A stretch of 64,000 bases of DNA from Candidatus Omnitrophota bacterium (GCA_028865345.1 JAGWKL010000007.1:6089-70088), one strand, 5' to 3'; positions 9,236-17,240 are shown, counted from the first letter of the stretch. Numbers and translations: made by a program. The notes: generated by a model not told the origin, from the letters alone.

Positions 9236-9574
9236 TTAGGCGGCGGTGTTCCCTCCCCAGAATTCCTGCTGGGTGTTAAGGATGACCGAGTTCTCCGTCG
9301 TGTTGGTCGATTCACCCGACCCCAAGATGGAAGTCGAGGAATTTCCTGCGTTGAACACTTCTTCTGTATCGCTGGAAGTGTTGACGATCTTGATCACGTT
9401 GGTATTGCCGTCAGAATACTGGTCGCCGATATCGTCGGCGGCGCTCTTCAGGCGCCCCTGCACGCCGCGTTTGATATAGACCTGAAGGGTCAGCAAAGCG
9501 CCGACCACAACGACGATCATTACCGAGTATTCCAGGAAACTTTGACCGCGTTTTTGGTTAAGATATTGCAACAT
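9236..9574 (-). CDS. Flp/TadE-like pilin, class C (112 aa); major pilin candidate
   Basis: RG|QSFLEY + KRGVQGRLKSAADDIGDQY; strong AAGGAGG SD. Confidence 0.9.
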   Translation of the reverse strand: MLQYLNQKRGQSFLEYSVMIVVVVGALLTLQVYIKRGVQGRLKSAADDIGDQYSDGNTNVIKIVNTSSDTEEVFNAGNSSTSILGSGESTNTTENSVILNTQQEFWGGNTAA

Positions 9575-9612
9575 AGGATTCCTCCTTAAAGATATATCGT
9601 TGAAGTCTTAGG

Positions 9613-9981
9613 TTATTCAGACTGTTGATTCCCGCTGTCATAATTACTGTACGTTTGATTCTCAGACCCGGTCCTGATCCTGTTGTTGGCGGAATCCTGT
9701 GCGACCAAGTCGTGCCCTAAGCGTTTAGCACTAACGCTGTTGCTGGATACGTCATAATTGCTCTGCATGTAATATGGCTCATACTGCGTGTCATTGCCCA
9801 GACCGATATCCGAGTTGCCGGTGGCATTGGCCATATACGTTGCTGCATCGTGGATACGGGCTTGTATGGCGCGCTGGGCATAGGTCTGCATGGCAATGAT
9901 GCCTGCGACCACCAGGGCGATCAAAAGCGCGTATTCCGCGAAGTGTTGTCCTTTTTTATTCTTAAGGAAATTTCTCAACAT
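9613..9981 (-). CDS. Flp-like pilin, class B (122 aa); major pilin candidate
   Basis: KG|QHFAEYALLIALVVAGIIAM; ARIHDA and YEPYYMQ motifs; GAGGA SD. Confidence 0.9.
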   Translation of the reverse strand: MLRNFLKNKKGQHFAEYALLIALVVAGIIAMQTYAQRAIQARIHDAATYMANATGNSDIGLGNDTQYEPYYMQSNYDVSSNSVSAKRLGHDLVAQDSANNRIRTGSENQTYSNYDSGNQQSE

Positions 9982-10027
9982 AAGTTCCTCCTATATTAGT
10001 TCGTAGAGATTTTGTTTAAGCTCCTCG

Positions 10028-10276
10028 CTATTGAGTCGGATTGACACTATAGCCAGAGGGAGCGCCACTGTCGGTACTGGTGTATGCGCCATGTGAACCG
10101 GCATACTGTGACGTTTCACTGTTCATTTCCGTCACCGCCGCGTTGTAGGTGCTGTTGAGCGTGTTCTGGAACGGACCGTTTTTGCTGGTCACAAAGGCCA
10201 CAATAACGATAAGGACCGCGGTCACAACCAGGATGTATTCCACCGTGATTTGACCTCTTTTGTTCTTTATATGCAT
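10028..10276 (-). CDS. Flp-like pilin, class A (82 aa)
   Basis: ATG 10276 with GGAGGGG SD; RG|QITVEYILVVTAVLIVIVAF. Confidence 0.9.
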   Translation of the reverse strand: MHIKNKRGQITVEYILVVTAVLIVIVAFVTSKNGPFQNTLNSTYNAAVTEMNSETSQYAGSHGAYTSTDSGAPSGYSVNPTQ

Positions 10277-10348
10277 AATCCCCTCCAAAATTCCCGTACT
10301 GCATCCTCCACGTAAATTAAACGCCGTGTAAAGGAACAGGGAATATAG

Positions 10349-10504
10349 TTAATTCAACGAATCCTCAGTAATCATCTTCTGTTGGGCTTGCACGGAACGG
10401 AACACGTAGGTGCTCAACAGCGCCAAGGCTGCTGAGATCAAGGCCACGACGATCGCGTATTCGATCAAGTTTTGTGCTTTGATACCGTTTAATTTTCGGA
10501 TCAT
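10349..10504 (-). CDS. Short Flp pilin (51 aa), absent from the ORF track
   Basis: Manual translation MIRKLNGIKA|QNLIEYAIVVALISAALALLSTYVFRSVQAQQKMITEDSLN*; AAGGGG SD. Confidence 0.85.
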   Translation of the reverse strand: MIRKLNGIKAQNLIEYAIVVALISAALALLSTYVFRSVQAQQKMITEDSLN

Positions 10505-10530
10505 CGCCCCTTACCTTTACGTGCCAGAAG

Positions 10531-10642
10531 ATCAATTAGACCTTCCCCCTGCTTGTTGTTCAAGCAGGAGCGAGGAAAAACTAAAACACTAACTGGTCTT
10601 TCATCTATGTAAAAGCCCCTAAGGGCTGTCGGTACAATTGAT
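10531..10642 (-). promoter_or_regulatory. Putative structured 5' leader of the pilin operon
   Basis: Nested complementary segments: 10531-37/10636-42, 10538-42/10595-99, 10543-46/10574-77, 10548-55/10561-68, plus an agccc/gggct hairpin at 10614-27. Confidence 0.5.
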
Positions 10643-10657
10643 GTTTACTTTGGTAGA

Positions 10658-10686
10658 AGTATGCCATATATAATAAAGCCTGTCAA
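10658..10686 (-). promoter_or_regulatory. sigma70-type promoter of the pilin operon
   Basis: TTGACA-17 nt-CATACT with extended -10 TG. Confidence 0.7.
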
Positions 10687-10733
10687 CCCCGCGGAAACAA
10701 AAATAACCCGCTCCCCGATTCGGCGACTAAAGC

Positions 10734-11855
10734 CTAATCTTTTAAAATTTCGACCTTAACCAGCCTATTTTGGTCATCATGCAGATACATCGCATTTAAT
10801 TTCTCTGCGGCTTCATTGAGCATGGTAATATTCTCATAACTATTTGTCGTTAATATGTTTATTATATTAATTTCACTGTTGACCTTGTCGAATCCTTTCA
10901 ACTTTAATATATTATCCATAACATCATCGTTTACATTATGTTGTGTAAAAAAAATGTCTTTTGCTCTCTCTGAAACATTCTTTTTATAGCTCTCCACAAA
11001 TACAATATCTTTTAACATAAAAACTCTTTTACACTCCACAATTTCATCGAAATATGCTATAACATTGTCTTTGTAATCCACTATCAAAATTTTTGTAATT
11101 TTGAGCCCGGCTTGAGCATCCATGCAAGATTTAAAAAGCATTTCATCCGAAACTCTATGAACTACCAGCGGCCGGATATTATTAATAAGCCCGTCCACTG
11201 CTTCCATGATGCAACGTTCAATGGGGAGCGGCAGATCAATAAAGACCTCCTTGTTGTTTTCCAAAACAACCTTGATCCCTTTACAGTATGTCAGGCAATA
11301 TTCCCAATCCGTTCCCTTGACGTTCTCTTCTGAGAAAATTCCTAAATCCCAAAGTGCCGCCCTTAAAAAAACCCTTCCGGCCCCGTCGTATTCCGCAGAA
11401 ATCTCAAAACTTTCGGGCTTGATTTGCCGTTCTTCTGTAATCGTCGGGGCTTTTTCTTCTTCCGTCGATCCGGGGCCGGAGGACGGAGGCTCTTTATGAA
11501 CGTTTAGATCCTGGCCGCCCGCCTCCATTTCCTGAGAAACGCCTTTTGCCGAATCCGGCAGTACGCTGACTTCAGGAATAATTGTTTCCGGCAGCAATTT
11601 GACTTGGGAAAGGCTGGCCTGAATCTGCCTCTTCTTCTCTTGAGGTATTTCAAACTTATTTTTTGGCTTACGGCCGCGAGGCGTCATGATGCCCGCCTCT
11701 TTGAGCACATCATGGACCGACGATTTGGAAAGTTTAAGTCCGAACTTTTGAGAGGCTGATTCAGCTAATTGGCGGCAGGAAGCAAGAGGGTTGGCTTGTC
11801 GCTGGTTTATGATGAATCCGACAACCTCTTCCTTTAACTTATAGGTAACACCCAT
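10734..11855 (-). CDS. Hypothetical protein (373 aa) with N-terminal winged-HTH-like segment
   Basis: Likely start MGVTYKLKEE; NPLASCRQLAESASQKFGLKLSKSSVHDVLKEAG resembles HTH domains; low-complexity linker; AT-rich 3' half. Confidence 0.65.
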   Translation of the reverse strand: MGVTYKLKEEVVGFIINQRQANPLASCRQLAESASQKFGLKLSKSSVHDVLKEAGIMTPRGRKPKNKFEIPQEKKRQIQASLSQVKLLPETIIPEVSVLPDSAKGVSQEMEAGGQDLNVHKEPPSSGPGSTEEEKAPTITEERQIKPESFEISAEYDGAGRVFLRAALWDLGIFSEENVKGTDWEYCLTYCKGIKVVLENNKEVFIDLPLPIERCIMEAVDGLINNIRPLVVHRVSDEMLFKSCMDAQAGLKITKILIVDYKDNVIAYFDEIVECKRVFMLKDIVFVESYKKNVSERAKDIFFTQHNVNDDVMDNILKLKGFDKVNSEINIINILTTNSYENITMLNEAAEKLNAMYLHDDQNRLVKVEILKD

Positions 11856-11938
11856 AAAATTCCGTTCATAATAATGTCCAGTCTGGACATTATTATAACA
11901 AAAAAATATGGAGAAACAATTTAAAAAAAGGAATGATT

Positions 11939-12217
11939 TTATATTTCCCACATAACAATATTTTCAGAACTACTTTTTGCTTCTTTGTTCTGTTTGTGGT
12001 TTGATTTGGATCGCAGAAGATTTACAGGAGTGGTTTTGAGGGCCTTGGCGAGTTTTTCAATATTCAGCAGGGTAATATTTATTTCCGCCCGCTCTATCAT
12101 TCCGATGTAATTCCGATGAAGGTCCGCAAGTTCGGCAAGTTTTTCCTGAGAAATCCCTTGCCTGCGCCGCTCCATCCGTATCTTCTTGCCGAAGCTTATA
12201 AGTAATCTTTTATTCAT
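11939..12217 (-). CDS. XRE-family HTH regulator, similar to restriction-modification controller (C) proteins
   Basis: FGKKIRMERRRQGISQEKLAELADLHRNYIGMIERAEINITLLNIEKLAKAL. Confidence 0.9.
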   Translation of the reverse strand: MNKRLLISFGKKIRMERRRQGISQEKLAELADLHRNYIGMIERAEINITLLNIEKLAKALKTTPVNLLRSKSNHKQNKEAKSSSENIVMWEI

Positions 12218-12278
12218 TGATTTCCCTAAATTTGCGTGTAGTATATATATTTACTTTCATTATTTCTACACAGCATCG

Positions 12279-12302
12279 TGTGGACTATTATATTAGTCAC
12301 AA
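12279..12302. promoter_or_regulatory. C-box-like inverted repeat upstream of the XRE gene
   Basis: GACTA-ttatat-TAGTC (12283-12298). Confidence 0.4.
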
Positions 12303-12351
12303 CATTAAGATAAGATGAAAAACAGGGTGAGGAGCAAAAGCGGAGAAAAGC

Positions 12352-12531
12352 GTGACTCTTCCCAAATCACGGCGTGAAATATTTAAGATCGACCAAATGA
12401 AAATGGTCTGGAAAATCGGGGACAACGAAGTCCGCTGCGACGGCGCGGTCCACTATGTCTGGGTCCCCTCTGCGGACCATGTGCAGCAAATCGGCCCCTG
12501 TGACTGCAAAAGCAAGTCCAAAAAATCATAG
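12352..12531 (+). CDS. Putative 59-aa small protein (below ORF-track cutoff)
   Basis: GGAG SD then GTG: MTLPKSRREIFKIDQMKMVWKIGDNEVRCDGAVHYVWVPSADHVQQIGPCDCKSKSKKS*; GC-rich third codon positions. Confidence 0.4.
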   Translation: MTLPKSRREIFKIDQMKMVWKIGDNEVRCDGAVHYVWVPSADHVQQIGPCDCKSKSKKS

Positions 12532-12861
12532 CCGGACCTGGTCACCGATCCGTGTTTGAGAAGCAATGATGGTCCCCGCCGGCAATTCGATGGCGTAGGA
12601 TGCCCGGAAGAATACCGGCGACAGGCGGAAAGGTTTGATCCCCTCGCAAAGCCCCACCACCTTGTCCTTCCGGTCGCAAAAGATCACATCAATAGGAAAT
12701 TTCATAAAAAACATATGGATGGATTCGCAATGGGGAATGACCAGGGCGTGATTCAGGGGGAGTTGGGTCCTTCCAAGCAATCCCTTCGAACGCTGCCAGA
12801 AATTCCGGGCGGTTTCGACGGAGGAGGCAATAACGGTGTCGCGGGTTGCGTTACAGATCAT
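12526..12861 (-). CDS. DUF192 family protein
   Basis: RSKGLLGR...IHMFFMKFPIDVIF...AIELPAG; ATGA-coupled to the ATPase gene. Confidence 0.85.
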   Translation of the reverse strand: MICNATRDTVIASSVETARNFWQRSKGLLGRTQLPLNHALVIPHCESIHMFFMKFPIDVIFCDRKDKVVGLCEGIKPFRLSPVFFRASYAIELPAGTIIASQTRIGDQVRL

Positions 12862-15023
12862 ACGCCGGCGGGGGCCTCAAAAATGGTCTTGCTGATCGAA
12901 ATCCCGCGGGTGGTCAGGTCTTCAAAACATTTGGGCACATAGCCGGTGGCCGCGTATTCCCCCATGTTCCGGCCTTCTGCGTCGACGCCTTTCTGGACGA
13001 ACACAAAGATGTCCTTGATCTCCGGAAGACCTTCCACCATCTTTCCGGTCAGCTCGGAGATCTGGGTCACCTTGCGCGACCCGTCGGAAAAACGGTTGAT
13101 CTGCACAATGATGTGGATCGCTGAGGCGGCCATCTCATAAATAGCGCGCAGCGGCAGTTCGATGCCCGACAAAAGGACCATGGACGACATACGCGACAGG
13201 GTGTCCCTGGTCGTATTGGCATGCAGGGTCGTCAGGGACCCGTCGTGACCGGTATTCATGGCCTGCAGCATGTCCAGCACTTCGGGCCCGCGGCACTCGC
13301 CGATGATGATCCTGTCCGGACGCATACGCAGCGTATTGACGAAAAGCTCCCTGATCGTCACCTTGCCCCGGCCTTCGATGTTGGCCGGACGGCTTTCCAG
13401 CCTCGCCCAATGTGTTTTGACCAGGCGCAATTCCGCTGCGTCTTCGATGGTGATAATGCGTTCATTGTCCGGGATGAAATGGGAAATGATGTTCAGAAGC
13501 GTCGTTTTACCCGCGCCCGTCCCGCCGGAGACGACGATGTTCCTGCGGCCGATAACGCAGGCGTTCAGAAAATCCGCCATGGGCTGCGAAAGGCTTTTGA
13601 ACCGCGTCAGCAAGTCCTCAATGGTATAGCGGTCCTGTGAAAATTTACGCACGGTGATCATGGGCCCGTTCAGGGACAACGGCGGGATGATCGCGTTGAT
13701 ACGGGACCCGTCGGACAGGCGCGCGTCGACCATCGGGGTCGATTCGTCCACACGACGGCCTAAAGGAGCTATGATACGGTCGATCGTGGCGCGGACCTGA
13801 TCGTTGGAAATAAACCGCTTGTTGGTCAAATAAATCTTGCCGTTTTTTTCTATGAAGACCTCGTCTTTATTATTGACCATGATGTCCGTGACGCTTTCGT
13901 CGGCCAGAAAGTCTTCCAGAGGGCCAAGCCCCAAAGCTTCGTCGACGATTTCCTTGACTATTTTAGCGCGTTCCTCATGGGTGGAAAGGAAGGTCCCCGA
14001 GGCCTCCGCCAAAAGCTCGGTGACGACTTTTTCGGCGGCCCTGCGCAGGTTGGCGACTTGGGCAGGATCATTCAAGACCTCCTGCGACATTTTCTGCAGG
14101 TTCATGCGCTCAACCAAACCGTTATGCACGGCGCGCTTGACTTTAATGACCTCGTCTTCCTCTTTTTTGAAATCGACCCCGGCATCGACGCCCGCAGGCG
14201 TGATGCCGAATTTCTCCCAAAAGGCGTTGCTCTTTTGGCCCGATTCATCCCCGGTGGCACGCACCCTGAGGACATCGCTGGCCTGCACATACAGCTTATC
14301 ATCGTTGAGCGCATGGGCGATCTCAAAAAAACATTCCGACACCTTTGCCTTCGGGCTGTCCATGACACAGGGAACGCCCCGGTTGAGGGCGAGGCCCACC
14401 GTCTTGCCGTCAGAAGGTATCAAAGAGAAAACGTCGCAGGCCAGGGCTTTCTTGACCTCCTGCCAGGCGACACCGCCGCGGCTTTCGGCGCGGTTTAAAA
14501 TCAGGTTTACCATCTTCAACGGATAATGCAAGCCCTGGAGGATGTCCAGGCAGGTCTTCACCTGGTAAACCGCCAGGACATCGGGAGTGCCGACCAAAAA
14601 AATGAGGTTGGAAGAATCCAGGACGCTGATGAAGCTTTCACTGAAGGTGCTTCCTCCGTCGACAATAATGCAGTCGAATTGAGGGGCCGCCTTCTTGAAA
14701 AACAGACGCAGATTATCGGAGGTGATGTGGCCGATCTGCTGGGGGGTTCTTACCGCAGGCAGGAAACACAGGCCGCTCGGGTGGGGGATGCATTTGCCCT
14801 TCAGCGTCTCAGGCGATCTCTCCAGGTCCGCCAAAATATCGACCAGGCAAAGCGACGGTTGCAAATTCAGCATGCGCGACATGTCCTGGGAAGCCTGAAG
14901 ATTCAGGTCAACGATCAGTGTCTTTTTGCCCTTAAGGCTAAGCGCACAGGCTATATTGACGGCAATAAAGGTCTTTCCAACCCCTCCTTTGTTGCCGAAT
15001 ATGGTAATGATTCTGGCCGCCAT
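12858..15023 (-). CDS. cpaF: Fused CpaE/TadZ (MinD-like) + CpaF/TadA pilus assembly ATPase
   Basis: N-terminal deviant Walker A GNKGGVGKT; C-terminal GLGPLE, GGTGAGKT, TIEDAAEL, LRMRPDRIIIGE, MNTGHDGSLTTLHAN. Confidence 0.95.
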   Translation of the reverse strand: MAARIITIFGNKGGVGKTFIAVNIACALSLKGKKTLIVDLNLQASQDMSRMLNLQPSLCLVDILADLERSPETLKGKCIPHPSGLCFLPAVRTPQQIGHITSDNLRLFFKKAAPQFDCIIVDGGSTFSESFISVLDSSNLIFLVGTPDVLAVYQVKTCLDILQGLHYPLKMVNLILNRAESRGGVAWQEVKKALACDVFSLIPSDGKTVGLALNRGVPCVMDSPKAKVSECFFEIAHALNDDKLYVQASDVLRVRATGDESGQKSNAFWEKFGITPAGVDAGVDFKKEEDEVIKVKRAVHNGLVERMNLQKMSQEVLNDPAQVANLRRAAEKVVTELLAEASGTFLSTHEERAKIVKEIVDEALGLGPLEDFLADESVTDIMVNNKDEVFIEKNGKIYLTNKRFISNDQVRATIDRIIAPLGRRVDESTPMVDARLSDGSRINAIIPPLSLNGPMITVRKFSQDRYTIEDLLTRFKSLSQPMADFLNACVIGRRNIVVSGGTGAGKTTLLNIISHFIPDNERIITIEDAAELRLVKTHWARLESRPANIEGRGKVTIRELFVNTLRMRPDRIIIGECRGPEVLDMLQAMNTGHDGSLTTLHANTTRDTLSRMSSMVLLSGIELPLRAIYEMAASAIHIIVQINRFSDGSRKVTQISELTGKMVEGLPEIKDIFVFVQKGVDAEGRNMGEYAATGYVPKCFEDLTTRGISISKTIFEAPAGV

Positions 15024-15128
15024 AATGAATTTTTATTGTACCATATTTTTTGATTTTGTCGCAGATAAAAAAGAGGTCGCTTTGCCTTCCCCCTAACTCG
15101 GGAGGTAGCGTGTCCCTTTGATGAAATT

Positions 15129-15440
15129 CTAATGGCAAAATTCTTTCTCGGCGTCGGCTCGCAGGGGGGCAAATTTCTTTTGAACATCAGCTTGCACAGG
15201 GGTAAATTCTTTTTGGACATCAGCCTGCAAAGGGGCGAATTCTTTCTCGGCGTCGGCCCTCAGGGGAATAAATTCTTTCTCAACATCTGCCGCCTGCAGT
15301 TCACGGCATTGGGGCCCTTTGGCCTTATCACAGGGGCTTTGTGCGGAAGCGCCCGAAGAAATCTGTGCCCCGCAAGGGCAAGGGACGCAAAGGATCAACC
15401 AGAAAATTACTGTAGTCAGGTACAGGTAATTACGAAGCAA
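15129..15440 (-). CDS. Small exported protein (103 aa) with 11-residue amphipathic repeats
   Basis: TTG start at 15440 with GGAG SD, overlapping the secretin stop; signal-like N-terminus; ADxxKEFxPLx repeats. Confidence 0.6.
   Translation of the reverse strand: MLRNYLYLTTVIFWLILCVPCPCGAQISSGASAQSPCDKAKGPQCRELQAADVEKEFIPLRADAEKEFAPLQADVQKEFTPVQADVQKKFAPLRADAEKEFCH
15139..15292. repeat. 33-bp tandem repeat, ~4.7 copies
   Basis: Units start at 15139, 15172, 15205, 15238 and 15271 (aattctt...). Confidence 0.9.
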
Positions 15441-17235
15441 AGCCCTTCTCCGCCGGAGATTGACCGTCAGGGTTAAAAACAATAGGAACCGTAAATTCAA
15501 GTTCTCGCTGGTCCATCCCCGGGCTAAAGGCGGCAAAAGGAGCGGCTGATTTAGCGGCCTGCATGGCGTCCTGATCCAGGACATTGCTTCCCGAAGACTG
15601 GGCCACGTCAATAGAATCCAGGGAGCCGTCTTTAAGGATATGCAGCTTCAATTTGACCGTGCCTCCCAGCTCGGCGCCGCCCACCGGCCGGGGATAAATG
15701 AGGGTCCTTGAAATCTTTTCCTGGACCATGCGTGCATACGCTGTCGCGGCCGGGAGCCCTTTCAAATTCTCAACGGGTAGGGGTGCCGGCGCTGAATAGG
15801 CCGCGGTGTATTGCGGCGCCAATGGAAAAGAAGGAGAATACGTCTCCGGATTTTCCGAGGGAGCGGTAGGAGCCGGCTTGGCCGGCCAATCGGAAACGAT
15901 GGGCGCGTGTTCATACCTCGAAACTATTTCATTCCAGGAACTGCGCTCCTCGGACGTCGGCATCACCAGTTCTTTTTGCGCGTATTTCGTTTGCGTCAGC
16001 ACCGTCGGCGTCAAAATAATGACCATTTCCGTATTGGCATCCGCGGGCTCGCTTTTGTTTCTGAAAAGCCCCCCTAAAAGCGGAATTTTAGATAAAAACG
16101 GCACATCGGTCTCATTCACGCTGTCTTCATATTTGATCAGCCCCGCCAGGGCAATGGTCTGCTTGTTGTCCATCAGCAGGTCCGTCGAAGCTGTCCGGGT
16201 GACAAAGGCCACGTTGCCCCCATTGCTGGATATGGGAGTGGCTGAATCCACGTCCCGGATGTCCACGTTTAACTGCACATCTATTTTTCCGTCTTGAATG
16301 GTCGGAGTGACCGACAGGTTGACGCCGTATTGGGCATAGGTCGTGTTATTGGTCAGGGTGCTGCCAGTGGTGCTCACTGTTGTGGATTGGATGGGGATCT
16401 CGCCGCCTACCAGGAAACTGGCAGGCTTGCCGCTTTCCACCACCAACCGCGGCTTGGAAATCAGCCTGGCCTTGCCTTCCTTGACCAAGGCATTCACCGT
16501 GGCTTCCAGCGACGTAGTGCGCATGAAGTGCCCTATCTTGAACAAATCCTTGAACTTGTCTCCCGTGGGAAGGGTTTCTCCATAGTTAAGGTTCACCTGC
16601 CCGCTGTTGCTTGTCCCGGTTGAGCCCGTTGTGCCCGAAGAAGAAGTCCCCCACGATATCCCCAATTCTCTTTCCAGGGTCACGTTGATCTCCACGATCT
16701 GCATGTCCACCTGGATCAATTCGTTGTTCTTTTCTTTCTCGACCAGATTCAACAAATTATCGCTATACGGCGTCAGGACGTCCGCCATCCGGTTTTTGTT
16801 GTCTTCAGACAAGGAGCCTGTGAGCACCACCTTGCCTATATCGAGATTTATATCTTCGGAAACCCCTTTGACGCCGGCTTCCTTCAGGAGCTCCTGCACA
16901 AGGGCCTTGAGGGCGTTGAGGTCCTGGGCGGCCACGCGAACCTTGACGCTGTGTTTGCCGCCCGCATCCCAGAAAAACAGGACCGTTGAGCCGGCTTTCT
17001 TGGCTATCAGGGAAACTTTATCGTTCTGAACGTCTGAAATGTCCGCCACCGAGGGGTCGGTCACCGAGACCCGGGTCAACCCGCTGGCAGGGACCGACTG
17101 GATGTCGCCCACCACCATGTCAATAACGTCTGCCGACTGCATATCATCGTCGGCAGATAACGGCGGCATATATGCCACTGATACCGCAAGGCCAAACGCG
17201 ACGATAAAAATTTTCCGTAAAAGGTTGGATTTCAT
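15430..17235 (-). CDS. cpaC: CpaC/RcpA-type secretin with C-terminal TonB_C-like domain
   Basis: Signal peptide; N domain RVSVTDPSVADI; secretin core ARLISKPRLVVESGKPASFLVGGEIPI...VPFLSKIPLLGGLF; Pro-rich linker; YP...GTVKLKLHILKDGSL...SSGSNVLDQDAMQAAKSAAPF. Confidence 0.92.
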   Translation of the reverse strand: MKSNLLRKIFIVAFGLAVSVAYMPPLSADDDMQSADVIDMVVGDIQSVPASGLTRVSVTDPSVADISDVQNDKVSLIAKKAGSTVLFFWDAGGKHSVKVRVAAQDLNALKALVQELLKEAGVKGVSEDINLDIGKVVLTGSLSEDNKNRMADVLTPYSDNLLNLVEKEKNNELIQVDMQIVEINVTLERELGISWGTSSSGTTGSTGTSNSGQVNLNYGETLPTGDKFKDLFKIGHFMRTTSLEATVNALVKEGKARLISKPRLVVESGKPASFLVGGEIPIQSTTVSTTGSTLTNNTTYAQYGVNLSVTPTIQDGKIDVQLNVDIRDVDSATPISSNGGNVAFVTRTASTDLLMDNKQTIALAGLIKYEDSVNETDVPFLSKIPLLGGLFRNKSEPADANTEMVIILTPTVLTQTKYAQKELVMPTSEERSSWNEIVSRYEHAPIVSDWPAKPAPTAPSENPETYSPSFPLAPQYTAAYSAPAPLPVENLKGLPAATAYARMVQEKISRTLIYPRPVGGAELGGTVKLKLHILKDGSLDSIDVAQSSGSNVLDQDAMQAAKSAAPFAAFSPGMDQRELEFTVPIVFNPDGQSPAEKGFAS

Positions 17236-17240
17236 TGAAA

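Noticed and set aside
7817-10504. Pilin array as a DGR, shufflon or silent-cassette antigenic-variation system
   Set aside because: No reverse transcriptase or recombinase, no near-identical template/variable repeats; every copy has its own start and leader
10410-10592. 60-aa plus-strand ORF
   Set aside because: Antisense to the real 51-aa Flp pilin and its leader
10734-12300. AT-rich segment as an IS, prophage or R-M island
   Set aside because: No transposase catalytic domain, integrase, methylase, terminal repeats or target duplications visible
15139-15292. 33-bp periodic repeat as a CRISPR array
   Set aside because: Units are contiguous with no unique spacers, keep frame as an 11-aa protein repeat, and no cas genes are present
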